Translations under genes and position numbers: made by a program | Source of the DNA: Oligoflexales bacterium | GTDB lineage: Bacteria; Bdellovibrionota_B; Oligoflexia; Oligoflexales; CAIYRB01 | Reading direction: 5' to 3' | Length of the DNA: 64,000 nt | Assembly: GCA_041736175.1 (NCBI GenBank) | Contig: JBGSUI010000067.1 | Coordinates: forward strand, 1-64,000 | Notes under the pieces: model-generated | The model's input: the letters and a program-made list of their open reading frames with translations, nothing else | What the model was told of the DNA's origin: nothing | The model's database searches: none | Shown here: one piece after another, positions 1 through 10,065 of the stretch | Position numbering within the stretch: the first letter of the stretch is position 1 | Layout of the letters: every line of letters begins with the position of its first letter

Positions 1-346
1 TCTCAAGGGCTTGATTATAATCATTGCGTGATGGGGGCGGTCTAAACATCCTCCTTGGGAAACATGCAATGCTAAACAATTGAGCAAAATTTCCATGGAA
101 ATATTTGCGTCGATCTCTACGAATTATCGTGATTGCCCTCAGAATCCTAACTGCTGCAAATTTTCTGATCCTTTTTGTACTTTGGACTCAGAAGAGTAGT
201 CTTTGACCACTCCGCCGGCCAAACTTACCAAAACCGTCGGTGATTCGGCCTAAAGTTCATTAGGTCCGGCCACCGATGCCAGTCCCTGTGGAAGCAAATA
301 TTTTTTTCACATACCAGTCCGTTTCGTGAAATTTAGACATCGACTT

Positions 347-1819
347 TTAATGAGTTTGACATGCATTAAATTTGCGTGTCTTTCGAACATCGTCCCAATA
401 TTGGTTTTGGTGACTTTCTATTGTTGTCTTCCAAAGATCATTTAAAGCCGAAGGATGATTAATTTGTCGCCAATTGACTAGATTTTTCATAAAATCAAGT
501 TTTGACATCATCATCCCATAGGATATAGTCTGTGCGTGAGCTGATGATTCTCGCACATTCAAAGGCCATTTTTCGTGAGTCAGAAGTTTTAGGCATGGAT
601 AGCAGCTGAGCTTTTTCTTAAAATTAGTATAATAAACATCCGAAACATCCCTAACGACTAACTTAGCTCCAATATCCCGCATAAGCGGTATCCCAACCAT
701 TACATTTTGACCATGAAAGTCGACTGGCATATAGCCATTGGCGTGATGAATGGCTACAGTTTTGCCCATTGCCTCATTAAGCTGCTCCATGATCGTGTTA
801 AAGTCCGCTATCGAAAAGATAATATCTCGATCCCATTGAATCGGTACAGTTACAAGACCTGTAGGATCAACTGTACTCAAACGTAGGCGGTGGGAAGAAA
901 TATAAATTCTCTCGCGATCTTGTAGTATTTTCTCGTAATTTCTAACCGAAATCGCGTAAGGAGTAGATGATTCAGATGGGGACATAGATTCAATGAGAAC
1001 TGCATAGAGATCAGGAATATATAAGATTTCCTCTTGTTTCATGAGGGAGGAAATCGAAGTTTTCTTGGATAATTTTTCGAGATCCTCGACATCTTTATAA
1101 ACATCTAATAATTTATTATCTTGGTGCTTTCCATGGACCACATTTGATCCCATTTTTATGGTTCGCAGACCATTTGAATTCTCGTCAAATACCCAAAATG
1201 ACCTTGACATTGTAGCAATCTTTGTACTCGAAATATATTCGGGCGGCAATTCAAAAGGTAAACTACTCATGGCCTCGCCAAGGAGAATAAGTTGCTTGAG
1301 TAGCGGGTGGTATTGAGTCGCGTGAGGGTGAACCGGTATATAAACGAAATCTTCGTTTATATAAACTAATGAATTTTTGAGCACGACTTTTTTAGATAAT
1401 TCGTCAGTCGGAACCATCCATCTTTTTCCGTCAAAAAATTGAGGTGTTACCTTTACGTTTTTCAACGGGACTTTGAGGTAGCTGATCGTCATAGAAAATA
1501 GTTTCTTTGCCATTTTTCTCATATTTTGATCGCTTGGCGAGGTTAGTCTGATGCTAGCCCCCTCCGCGAGAATCGTCATGGCTCTCAACTGACAGGGAGA
1601 TAAAGTTTTAAAGAGTTCATATTGTGTTCTATCTCCAAAATTTAGTTTTTTAGGCAGGAGATCAGTATCGCAATATAATAAGTCGCGATCCATGACTGAC
1701 CCAGCACCCAAAGTTGCTGTCTGCGCTTGTTTTTTTTCACAGCTACCTGTAAATAAAATAAACAAAATACCTATGACAAGTTTTTTGGTCAAGCTCGAGC
1801 TAAAATAATGTATATTCAT
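347..1819 (-). CDS. Putative lipoprotein with IucA/IucC (NIS synthetase/kinase-like) fold
   Basis: 490-aa ORF with lipobox-like TGSC. Motifs IPVHPH, TMSRS, IKM, DFHGQNV, VVRDVSD occur in the order seen in IucA/IucC proteins. AT-rich. Confidence 0.55.
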   Translation of the reverse strand: MNIHYFSSSLTKKLVIGILFILFTGSCEKKQAQTATLGAGSVMDRDLLYCDTDLLPKKLNFGDRTQYELFKTLSPCQLRAMTILAEGASIRLTSPSDQNMRKMAKKLFSMTISYLKVPLKNVKVTPQFFDGKRWMVPTDELSKKVVLKNSLVYINEDFVYIPVHPHATQYHPLLKQLILLGEAMSSLPFELPPEYISSTKIATMSRSFWVFDENSNGLRTIKMGSNVVHGKHQDNKLLDVYKDVEDLEKLSKKTSISSLMKQEEILYIPDLYAVLIESMSPSESSTPYAISVRNYEKILQDRERIYISSHRLRLSTVDPTGLVTVPIQWDRDIIFSIADFNTIMEQLNEAMGKTVAIHHANGYMPVDFHGQNVMVGIPLMRDIGAKLVVRDVSDVYYTNFKKKLSCYPCLKLLTHEKWPLNVRESSAHAQTISYGMMMSKLDFMKNLVNWRQINHPSALNDLWKTTIESHQNQYWDDVRKTRKFNACQTH

Positions 1820-1872
1820 GAAAAAAGACGCCTTTTATTGGTAGAATAATCCAAAAAATTGGACGATGAAGC

Positions 1873-2091
1873 TCCAACTCTGCTACCAACGCTCACCAAA
1901 GGAACCGACTGGAAACGATGATCCAGTACATGACCCGGGGTCCCATAGCCAACGAAAGAATCGAGATCACTCCTACGGGCAATGTAAAATGGCGATCAAA
2001 AACGCAGTTTAGCGATGGGACCACCCATTTGTTACTAACTCCTTTGGAGTTTTTAAAAAAGCTGTCTCGGGCTTTCAAAATAGACGTTCTT
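1873..2091 (+). mobile_element. IS91/ISCR-family (Y2, rolling-circle) transposase remnant, internally deleted
   Basis: Translates SNSATNAHQRNRLETMIQYMTRGPIANERIEITPTGNVKWRSKTQFSDGTTHLLLTPLEFLKKL then LSRAFKIDVL. Matches the Y-x-x-R-x-P-x-A-N-E-R, DGTTH...PLEF and RVFxIDV motifs of IS91-like transposases. No N-terminus. Confidence 0.75.
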
Positions 2092-2103
2092 AATCCCAAC
2101 CCA

Positions 2104-3861
2104 CTATACGGCTGTATCATCATCAATATCAGAATCAGCATCAAAATCGAGCTCAGAATAGTCCAAGTCATCAAAGAGATCTTTGTTGATTTTGACCAGG
2201 GCGGTTTTAAGATCGTCTATAAGGTCCTCTCCAATCGCTTCCAGATCTTCGGCGGCAAATCCCAGCTGGTCCAAAGAGCCAAAAACGGCGCCTGTCGCCG
2301 TAGTGACAAAAGCGATGGCATCGTCGTCAGAGAGACCGAGATCGTCTAGCTTAGAGATCGCAGCACTGATCAAATTGGCGATCAGAGGCACCAGGCGGTC
2401 CTTTTGGGTTTTTGAGACTCCAAGGGACTTTAAGGCTACAGTCGCCTCCGAAAGGATGATGGCACAGGTTCGACCAAACTCCGTCTTGGGGATCAACTTG
2501 AGGTCGTCAATCTGGGACACCGCTGAGGTGATAATCACCGAAAGCAGCCGACCGTATTGATCCTCGGGAAATCCCACGGTCTTAAGGGACTGAATCGCTC
2601 CGACCACCACAGCCGCGACGGCGTGGCTTAGATCATCCGGCTTAACGAGACCCGTATTGGCAAGACCTTCGGTGGCTCCTTGGATCGCAAAACCCAGGTA
2701 TTGCTGGATGGCTTTTTGGGTAACGCCAGCGGTCCCTAAAGTCTCAAGCAGGTTTCGTATTGTGATGGGAGTCAGAACGAGAATTTTTTGGGTATCAAAC
2801 CCCGCATCGTTCAGCGCTCCCACCGTACCCGAGAGCATCGAAAAATACATGGCTGCGGCAACCTCTTCGTCCGAGGCATCTCCCCCTAGGGCCGCCCCAG
2901 GGTCAAAACCATCAAGCTCCGCAAAATCCCCATCAGGCGGCAACTCGCCCACATCGACCTCCTCAGGATCGTCACTTTCAGTAGACTCCATACTATCGGG
3001 AATTCCATCGCCATCGCTATCCTTGGACTCGTCCTCTGGGTCTTCTTCGCCAGATTCCACTCCCTCACCCGTATCAGAATCAACCTCGGAATCCTCTTCT
3101 TCGTCATTAAGCATTGCTGGTAAAGATAAATTTAGGGATAAATTTAAGGACGAACTCGTCCCCCTAATGGAGCCCAATACTGCCCCTTTGATCAAGGCTC
3201 CAATCAAGTCCGCAGCATTGGTATCTGTCAGGATCCCAGCCTCGTCCAGGTGAGAGACGGCGGTTTCCAAGCTGACTTCAACGGCGTCCGCGATTTCCGT
3301 ATGATCAAATCCGGCGTTATCTAGTGCGCCCACAATTTTTTTCATGATGTCCGTCAGCATGGTTTTCTTGGCACCCTCATCGAGGGAGGTTGCGTTGCCT
3401 TTTAGACTCTGCAAGGAAGATTCGATGATAATTTTGAGTATGTTTTGCACCTTGCTCACTTCTAGGTCAGCAAAAGACGGGTCGCCTAAGCTTTCTAAGG
3501 CCCCTTCGGCAAGGTCGTCGATAAAGTCATTGATGTTGCCTCCGCTCACTTCTTGGACAAGGCCCGCTTGTTTAGGGCTGGTAGCCACGATCTTTTTTTC
3601 GGCTGCATCGCCGATCCCATCGATTTGAGAATCCGAGAGATCGGACTTTGCTTTCATATTGGCTTTAAGCTTTGCAATGATCAGCATGGCGAGGCTGTTG
3701 GAAGCTAAGCTGCCGCCCGATTTTCCTGCAGCGCTGGCTCCCTGGGCGCTGGACTGGGTCGAAGCAGGAGTCGGATTTTCCTTAACCCTTTTTCCGGTGC
3801 AGCTCAGGGCGAAACAAAGAACTCCCAGGGATACTTTTCTAAGATTTTGGGGAAACATCAT
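2104..3861 (-). CDS. Hypothetical lipoprotein, helical repeats with acidic insert (DSDGDGIPD Ca-binding-like motif)
   Basis: 585-aa ORF, lipobox ALSC, recurring (A/G)LxxAG helical units, D/E-rich segment. Confidence 0.7.
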   Translation of the reverse strand: MMFPQNLRKVSLGVLCFALSCTGKRVKENPTPASTQSSAQGASAAGKSGGSLASNSLAMLIIAKLKANMKAKSDLSDSQIDGIGDAAEKKIVATSPKQAGLVQEVSGGNINDFIDDLAEGALESLGDPSFADLEVSKVQNILKIIIESSLQSLKGNATSLDEGAKKTMLTDIMKKIVGALDNAGFDHTEIADAVEVSLETAVSHLDEAGILTDTNAADLIGALIKGAVLGSIRGTSSSLNLSLNLSLPAMLNDEEEDSEVDSDTGEGVESGEEDPEDESKDSDGDGIPDSMESTESDDPEEVDVGELPPDGDFAELDGFDPGAALGGDASDEEVAAAMYFSMLSGTVGALNDAGFDTQKILVLTPITIRNLLETLGTAGVTQKAIQQYLGFAIQGATEGLANTGLVKPDDLSHAVAAVVVGAIQSLKTVGFPEDQYGRLLSVIITSAVSQIDDLKLIPKTEFGRTCAIILSEATVALKSLGVSKTQKDRLVPLIANLISAAISKLDDLGLSDDDAIAFVTTATGAVFGSLDQLGFAAEDLEAIGEDLIDDLKTALVKINKDLFDDLDYSELDFDADSDIDDDTAV

Positions 3862-3879
3862 AAGGGCTACCTCTATAGG

Positions 3880-5241
3880 TTAAAGAGTGGCTTTAAAGGT
3901 TAGATTGAGGGTTTTGTCTTCGGAGCCATTGTTATAGGTGATCAAAACAGCTGTAGAATAGGTACCCTCAGTAGTCGACTTTAAGCTAAAGACTAGGGTG
4001 CAGGTTTTATCCTCGCCCCCTTTTTTGCATGTGCCACCCGTGCCAGGAAACTTTCCGCCTAGAAACTGAAAACCATTCCCTAAACCAGATACCTTTAGTG
4101 ATTTGGCCTTGGCACCTTTGACATTGAGGGTGACCGTTTTTGATGTTTGATCAGAGAAATCGATGGTGTTTGTCCCTTCGGCTGAAAGAAAGCTTTTGGG
4201 TGTTTGTTTAATCCAGGTGTATTGAAAGACACCGGTCTCGCGGCCCTCGGCATTTTTGCCGATAGCACAGAGGGTTTTGACCCCATTTTCAGCTAGTTTA
4301 AGGGTGATGGCTTTTTTCACAGGAGTCCATTTGCTATAGGTGGCGTCTTTGCAGTCGACCCGGTCGCCCCGGAGTTCGAACTTGTATTCAGTGATCCCGG
4401 GACCGGTCACCGTGGACTTCATGGTGACGTCTGGGGAGAGGGGATAGGAGCCGGAGGGCGTTGAGGTTGCGCCTTCGGCGGGTTTGGGTAGACCCGTAAG
4501 GGTGAGCCGATAGAGGTTTGAAAGACCATACTGGGCAGGCAGCCGTTTACTGGTCAGGGTTTGAGAGCTTTTAAGGGGTGGGTCCACGGCAACGACTCCG
4601 TAGATTCCGAATTTAGTCGCTTGAAAAGTCACTTTAGATGCTGAAAACTTTAGTTTATCTTTGCTAATCCAAAGGATTTCGCTGGTCCCCCCTTCTCCCA
4701 TATTGGTGACCAGGCCTAAAACCGCAAAGTTAGCAAATAGGGGATGGGCTGGTCCATTGGCTAGGGGAATTCCCAAGTTTACTGTGCCGCCTGGGTCAGT
4801 AAGGGGTGTGGTTCCGAAGTGGATCATGGGTGTGATAAGCTGGACGGAGCTTGAGGTCCCTAGCTCTGCCCGCATCTGGGATAGGGGGAGTTCTGCGGGC
4901 TCGATGATCAAGTCAAAGTCTTTGGCAAAGGAGTCTTTGTTAAAGCTAATCACCGCTCCCTTGGCTTTGCCCTCCCCCGAGGATTCGGCCCGGTAGATGG
5001 TCTGGGCGGCTCCACGGATTTTTATTTTAAACTTAGACACACCGTTAGCTTCGGAAAGTGCGGCGACTTTGCCATCATTTTGGGCGGGGTCTTCGACCGC
5101 TGGCTGCTCTCCCTCCGCGGGCTGGGGGAGCGGAATGTCTTGGTAAATGCCGCATCCTGTCAGATAAAAACAAGAAATCATAAGATAAAAGGAATGATTT
5201 TGGCACGTTCGTACTAACATCATCATAAGTCTGATCCTCAC
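3880..5241 (-). CDS. Hypothetical lipoprotein with beta-rich/Ig-like modules
   Basis: 453-aa ORF, lipobox LTGC, C-terminal Ig-like segment containing FLGGKFPGTGGTC. Exact start uncertain. Confidence 0.65.
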   Translation of the reverse strand: MRIRLMMMLVRTCQNHSFYLMISCFYLTGCGIYQDIPLPQPAEGEQPAVEDPAQNDGKVAALSEANGVSKFKIKIRGAAQTIYRAESSGEGKAKGAVISFNKDSFAKDFDLIIEPAELPLSQMRAELGTSSSVQLITPMIHFGTTPLTDPGGTVNLGIPLANGPAHPLFANFAVLGLVTNMGEGGTSEILWISKDKLKFSASKVTFQATKFGIYGVVAVDPPLKSSQTLTSKRLPAQYGLSNLYRLTLTGLPKPAEGATSTPSGSYPLSPDVTMKSTVTGPGITEYKFELRGDRVDCKDATYSKWTPVKKAITLKLAENGVKTLCAIGKNAEGRETGVFQYTWIKQTPKSFLSAEGTNTIDFSDQTSKTVTLNVKGAKAKSLKVSGLGNGFQFLGGKFPGTGGTCKKGGEDKTCTLVFSLKSTTEGTYSTAVLITYNNGSEDKTLNLTFKATL

Positions 5242-5318
5242 CCTCGTTCACCTGTCCATGTGAAAATACCCTGTTTCCATGGACATCGGCATTGGAGCGA
5301 AAATCTTGAGGAACCACT

Positions 5319-5864
5319 CTATAAGGGAAATACTTTGCGCAAGGTCTCCCGGACTCCGCTGATCCGCGGAAGGTTGCAGCTACCATCTCGCGCTAAGGTG
5401 ATTTCCCACTGCCAGGTGCCTTGGGAGAGATCCCGCTCACCCCATCCCCAATGGGAGAGTTTCGGAATCCGTGGAACCCGGTCAGGGGCCGCTAGGCTAT
5501 AATCACTGACGACTAAGACCATTGTCCGTGTAACTCCATAGGCTACGGCCGCGCGCAACTCCTCGGGATTTGCGGATAGATAGGCTATAAGCTGGTCATA
5601 GCCTTGCTCGGCACATTTCAATGTTTTTAGGGGCGTTTGGTTAGGATAAAAGCCGCGGATCACATCGTCCGGGTAGCGGAAAGGAATGTTGCCCTCGAAG
5701 ATCCAATATTCTGCCGTTTTGACGGTCATTCCACTAAGGGTTTGCGGCGTCATTCGGACTAGGTTTTGATCCCTTGTTTTTGTGGGAAGGGTTTCCCCTT
5801 GACTGGAGGTGGTCTGTCCTAACCAAAGACCTAGAGCAAGCCAAAGGACAAAAAGAATATTCAT
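5319..5864 (-). CDS. Secreted hypothetical protein
   Basis: ATG at 5864 gives signal peptide MNILFVLWLALGLWLG; GAGG upstream. Confidence 0.6.
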   Translation of the reverse strand: MNILFVLWLALGLWLGQTTSSQGETLPTKTRDQNLVRMTPQTLSGMTVKTAEYWIFEGNIPFRYPDDVIRGFYPNQTPLKTLKCAEQGYDQLIAYLSANPEELRAAVAYGVTRTMVLVVSDYSLAAPDRVPRIPKLSHWGWGERDLSQGTWQWEITLARDGSCNLPRISGVRETLRKVFPL

Positions 5865-6108
5865 CGGCCACCTCAGAAATAAGTCTTCTGACCCTAGTCT
5901 TAAAAAGGGGATACTTTCGGGATACACTCGGTTAGCCTAGGAGTCAAGGTTTAATGTGAGCAGTGACGAGCGTCTCTTACTGCTTTAAGGTCAAGGTTTT
6001 TTGATGCATTCTTGTGACCTTCGCTTATAATGGCCACCATAGGTCGGTGAATCTCGGTGGAAGCCAAATATTTTCTGTGATGTTTTTTTTAGTAATGGGG
6101 AATCTTGA

Positions 6109-8871
6109 ATGATGAAGCAGCTACGCTGGCGACTTTTGTCGATCGCCATAATAACTCTCTGGGCCGTCTATAGTGTGGCGCCCTCGGTGATCTACTTCAC
6201 CTCCCCCCGTGAGGTCCGCAATGCGGCAGAGGAGATGGCGAAGCGCATTCCTGATTGGTTGCCCCAAAAGCATGTCTCTTTAGGGCTTGACCTCCAAGGT
6301 GGAGTCCAATTGGTCCTAGGGGTCAATACCGATAATGCTGTCGACAATAAGCTGGGTAGACTGGCAACGGAAATCCAAAGATGGTCTGATGATACCAAAC
6401 AAGGGATTGCCAAGTCCTATATCGTCGCTGGAAAACAGTTGCTTAGACTAGAGCTATCTGAAGGCCAGGACACTCAAAAGGTGTCGCAAAAGATAAAAAA
6501 TGAGTTTAGCGGCTTGACTGTTCTGAACCGCACCGAAAAACAAATAGACTTTGGTTTTGAAGAAAGTCAGATTAAGAATATTAAAGCGAGCGCCATTGAA
6601 CAGGCCGAAAAAGTGATTCGCAACCGGGTTGACAAATGGGGTGTGGCAGAACCTGTGATCACCCGCCGTCAGGTGGATAATAGCATTTTAGTCCAACTGC
6701 CTGGTTTTAAGGATCCGGACAAGGCTAAGGAACTATTGGGGCGGACCGCACAGCTTCGCTTTAAGCTCGTCGATGATAACTTTCAAGGCTTTAAGGATCC
6801 AAAAGACCTTCCTCCCGAAATCACCGTTGGGTCTCCCCAAGGGGTCCAGGCTCTCGTCAGCGAAAATCGGGAAGTCCTGATGAAATATGCTCAGTCCAAA
6901 TTACCGGAAGATCGCCAAGTGTTTTTCCACCGAGAGGATCTGGCGGGGGGCAAAAAAAGCCGTTATTCCACCTATGTGGTCGAAGCTTCTACCGAGATCG
7001 GTGGCGACGATATTCTGGATTCCTTTGTTAGCGAAGATCAGTCAGGGTTAGAGCGTCGTCCCGAAGTTTCCATGAAGTTTACGGGTCCTGGAGGCAAGCG
7101 GTTTGCTGACTTAACGGGCAACCATATCGGACGCAAACTCGCTATCGTTCTCGACGACGAGGTGGTCTCAGCTCCCGTGATCCAGACCAAGATCGCCAAT
7201 GGCCAAGGACGTATCACCCTCGGCAGCGGCGGCGGATATGAAAAGAATTTTCAAGAAGCCCAACAGCTCGCTCTGATCCTAAAATCAGGGGCACTCCCCG
7301 CTACGATCGAAGTGCTTGAGCAACGCCAAGTGGGAGCGACCCTTGGGCCTGAGTTGGCTGACCAGGGGATCAAAGCCATGCTTGTGGGTTTAGCGATGGT
7401 TTTGATCTACATGGTCGTTTACTACCGGCGTCCAGGATTGCTGGCCAATGTGGCTTTAATTCTCAATGCGCTGTTTCTACTGGCCTTGATGGCGGGCTTA
7501 GGGTTTTCTTTGTCCCTCCCTGGAATCGCGGGGTTTGTGTTGACATTGGGTATGGCGGTGGATGCAAACGTCTTGATCAATGAGCGGATTCGGGAAGAGC
7601 TTTCCATCGGGAAGAACTCCCTTAAGGCCGTGGATAACGGGTTTTCTAAAGTCTTTTGGACTATTTTTGATGCAAACGTCACCAGTTTGATCGCCGCCCT
7701 GGTGCTCCTTGAAACCAATCCCTCGGGGCCAATCCGTGGTTTTGCTGTGACCCTTATGATTGGACTCATTGTGTCCATGTTTACCTCGATGTTTTGCACC
7801 CGCGCTTTCTTTGATTTTTTCCTTAGCCGAGCTAAAAACGACAAAGCGGTCCGGGCCTGGTTGGGTGGAGATGGTGCAGGTAAGGTTAAAAAGTTTAATA
7901 TTTCGTTTCTTAAGTATTCTAAGCCTTATTTGGGCTTTGTCTTGGTTTTAACCTTAGGTCTCTTGGTCGTAGGAGCAGTGGCAGGGTATAACTGGGGTGT
8001 CGATTTTGCAGGTGGGACCGAGGTGCAAGTCCGCTTTGATAAGGATGTGGCTCCCGATGCCATCCGGTCAGCAGGGGTCCCTCTGGGTATCAAGTCGGTG
8101 ACTCTGCAAACCGTGGGTGAAGGCCGCAAGCAGTACATGATCCGGTTTGGAAGTGAAGATGTGGAGCTCAAACCAAATGCAGCAGCTCCAAGTGGAACCA
8201 CCACAGACACCCAGAGCCAGCTCATTCAAGACTATCGCCAAACTCTTCTGACCACATTTAAAGAGCAAAAAGCAGAGATTTTATCGGTAGATTACGTAGG
8301 ACCTCAGATTGGTCGAGAGTTAAGAACCCAAGGTGGACTCAGCCTCCTTTATGCCATTATCGGGATCCTGGCTTATATTGGATTTCGGTTTGACTTACGG
8401 TTTGGTCCAGGGGCCGTCCTTAAGATGGTGTTCGATCTTCTTATGACCGTAGGTTTTTATGTCTACTTCCAGCGTTCCATCGACTTGACCGCGGTTGCAG
8501 CCTTCTTAACGGTGATCGGTTATTCCGTCAACGATGTGATTGTGATCTACGACCGGATCCGCGAAAATTTCACTACCTATAGTGGTAGACCCATGGCTGA
8601 GAATATCAACAATGCCCTAAATGAAACGTTTACCCGGTCCATCAACACCTCAGTCTTAACGATCATCTCCTTAGTGGGTATGTTGCTATTTGCCTCAGGT
8701 TCCATTTGGAACTTTGCGATGGCTATGACCATCGGCGTTGTGGCAGCGACAGCATCGTCGACCTTTTTAGCCAGCGCCTCAGTGATTTGGTTTGAAGGGT
8801 TTGCAAAGTGGTATAAAACCCGCTTTCCAAAAGGTAATGTTACAAACAAAGTTGCACCAGTTTCCAGGTAG
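6109..8871 (+). CDS. secDF: Fused protein translocase subunit SecDF
   Basis: LGLDLQGG, GVAEP, GMAVDANVLINERIREE, GVDFAGG, GYSVNDVIVIYDRIREN. Confidence 0.96.
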   Translation: MMKQLRWRLLSIAIITLWAVYSVAPSVIYFTSPREVRNAAEEMAKRIPDWLPQKHVSLGLDLQGGVQLVLGVNTDNAVDNKLGRLATEIQRWSDDTKQGIAKSYIVAGKQLLRLELSEGQDTQKVSQKIKNEFSGLTVLNRTEKQIDFGFEESQIKNIKASAIEQAEKVIRNRVDKWGVAEPVITRRQVDNSILVQLPGFKDPDKAKELLGRTAQLRFKLVDDNFQGFKDPKDLPPEITVGSPQGVQALVSENREVLMKYAQSKLPEDRQVFFHREDLAGGKKSRYSTYVVEASTEIGGDDILDSFVSEDQSGLERRPEVSMKFTGPGGKRFADLTGNHIGRKLAIVLDDEVVSAPVIQTKIANGQGRITLGSGGGYEKNFQEAQQLALILKSGALPATIEVLEQRQVGATLGPELADQGIKAMLVGLAMVLIYMVVYYRRPGLLANVALILNALFLLALMAGLGFSLSLPGIAGFVLTLGMAVDANVLINERIREELSIGKNSLKAVDNGFSKVFWTIFDANVTSLIAALVLLETNPSGPIRGFAVTLMIGLIVSMFTSMFCTRAFFDFFLSRAKNDKAVRAWLGGDGAGKVKKFNISFLKYSKPYLGFVLVLTLGLLVVGAVAGYNWGVDFAGGTEVQVRFDKDVAPDAIRSAGVPLGIKSVTLQTVGEGRKQYMIRFGSEDVELKPNAAAPSGTTTDTQSQLIQDYRQTLLTTFKEQKAEILSVDYVGPQIGRELRTQGGLSLLYAIIGILAYIGFRFDLRFGPGAVLKMVFDLLMTVGFYVYFQRSIDLTAVAAFLTVIGYSVNDVIVIYDRIRENFTTYSGRPMAENINNALNETFTRSINTSVLTIISLVGMLLFASGSIWNFAMAMTIGVVAATASSTFLASASVIWFEGFAKWYKTRFPKGNVTNKVAPVSR

Positions 8872-8912
8872 TCACCCCATCTGATTGGGAAAAGTTAAAT
8901 TTTAAGCCCTTT

Positions 8913-8943
8913 AAATCCCAAGCCCTCCGGCTTGGGATTTTTG
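8913..8943 (+). terminator. Rho-independent terminator after secDF
   Basis: AAATCCCAAGCC-CTCC-GGCTTGGGATTTTT hairpin with T tract. Confidence 0.85.
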
Positions 8944-9080
8944 TGACTTTGACAAAGCAGTTTTTATATAACTGATAATAATGACAAAAAAGATCACCTT
9001 AAGTTTTAGAGACAAACATCCGAGGCCCATCAGGTGAATTTCGTGGCTTTCCAAAAGTTACGGCATAAAGGGAGGAAGAT

Positions 9081-10016
9081 ATGAGTCGAGAATCAAAGAC
9101 ATTCAGAGTCCACGGTTTAAAGTGTAGTCGGTGGTGGATTGCCTTTAACGTGGTATTTGTCAGCTTTATTGGAAGCTGTTCCAGTGAAGACAAACAAGAC
9201 CTTAATCGACGCCAAGGGGCTACGATCGGATCAGCTTCATTAGAGGGGAAAAACTTTGCAGATGCAGAATTTAAATGCCTCACACTGAATGATGGAGATG
9301 GAGCAGGAGGTGAGGGTGGGGAGCCTGAGCAGCTCTTGATCCAAACTCCAGCGGTCACTTACCAGACTGATATCGAGCCACTCTTCGCCAAAAAATGTGC
9401 CACCTGCCACCCAGCGGTGAGTCCACCTGATCTAAAAACCTATGACGCTGTCAAAAAAACGGCCCAAGCAAACTACAACACCATGGTCGATGGATCCATG
9501 CCCCCAGGAAAACCCATGCCTGAAGCGGAAATCAAACTTTTTAAGACATGGATGGATACGGGGATGACCGAGAAGGCCGCTGCACCCGCGCCAGCTCCTG
9601 CACCCGCGCCAGCATCTAAAACCGCTCCCAAACCCAAACCAAAACCCGCAAAACCCCCCGTGAATGCCTCCTGTGCGGCTCCATCAGGCTTAGAAAAGGA
9701 CACCCCTCCTGCGGTCCCACCCCCAGCCGATGCTCCCAAGACTCCTCCCTCCGAACCGCCTACTCCAGACCCTAAAGCAGCCGTCTATCTTGGTGGAATT
9801 GAGATCCTTTTAAAAGCTAAATGCGCCACCTGTCATGCTGCGGGAGCCACGCCTCCCGACCTCTCCACCTATCAGGCTGCCAAAGCCGGAGGGCCAGGAT
9901 CTAAAGCAACCATCGATGATGGGTCGATGCCCCCACCTGCTACTAAAATCACTCTTTCAGCAGAAGAAAAAGCGCTGTTTACCGAATGGGCTAGCAAGGG
10001 ATATCCAGAAAAATAA
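9081..10016 (+). CDS. Di-haem c-type cytochrome lipoprotein with Pro-rich linker
   Basis: Two CATCH haem motifs, each followed by PPDL...GSMPP; lipobox-like IGSC; GGAGG RBS. Confidence 0.8.
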   Translation: MSRESKTFRVHGLKCSRWWIAFNVVFVSFIGSCSSEDKQDLNRRQGATIGSASLEGKNFADAEFKCLTLNDGDGAGGEGGEPEQLLIQTPAVTYQTDIEPLFAKKCATCHPAVSPPDLKTYDAVKKTAQANYNTMVDGSMPPGKPMPEAEIKLFKTWMDTGMTEKAAAPAPAPAPAPASKTAPKPKPKPAKPPVNASCAAPSGLEKDTPPAVPPPADAPKTPPSEPPTPDPKAAVYLGGIEILLKAKCATCHAAGATPPDLSTYQAAKAGGPGSKATIDDGSMPPPATKITLSAEEKALFTEWASKGYPEK

Positions 10017-10065
10017 TCTCAAGGGCTTACAAAAAATTGATTTATTAAAAAAAGGAGGGTGAACG

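Noticed and set aside
145..310. Minus-strand YLLPQGLA peptide resembling ribosomal protein L9
   Set aside because: Eight residues only, flanked by stops, with no further similarity.
3120..3150. Shared (S/T)-(L/F)-x-L motif before acidic segments in several exported proteins
   Set aside because: Too short to distinguish from chance without a proteome-wide test.
2183..3883. Long antisense or alternate-frame ORFs here and over secDF, mreB, gltB, amtB and the RCC1 gene
   Set aside because: Shadow ORFs of well-supported genes, with no motifs or RBS.
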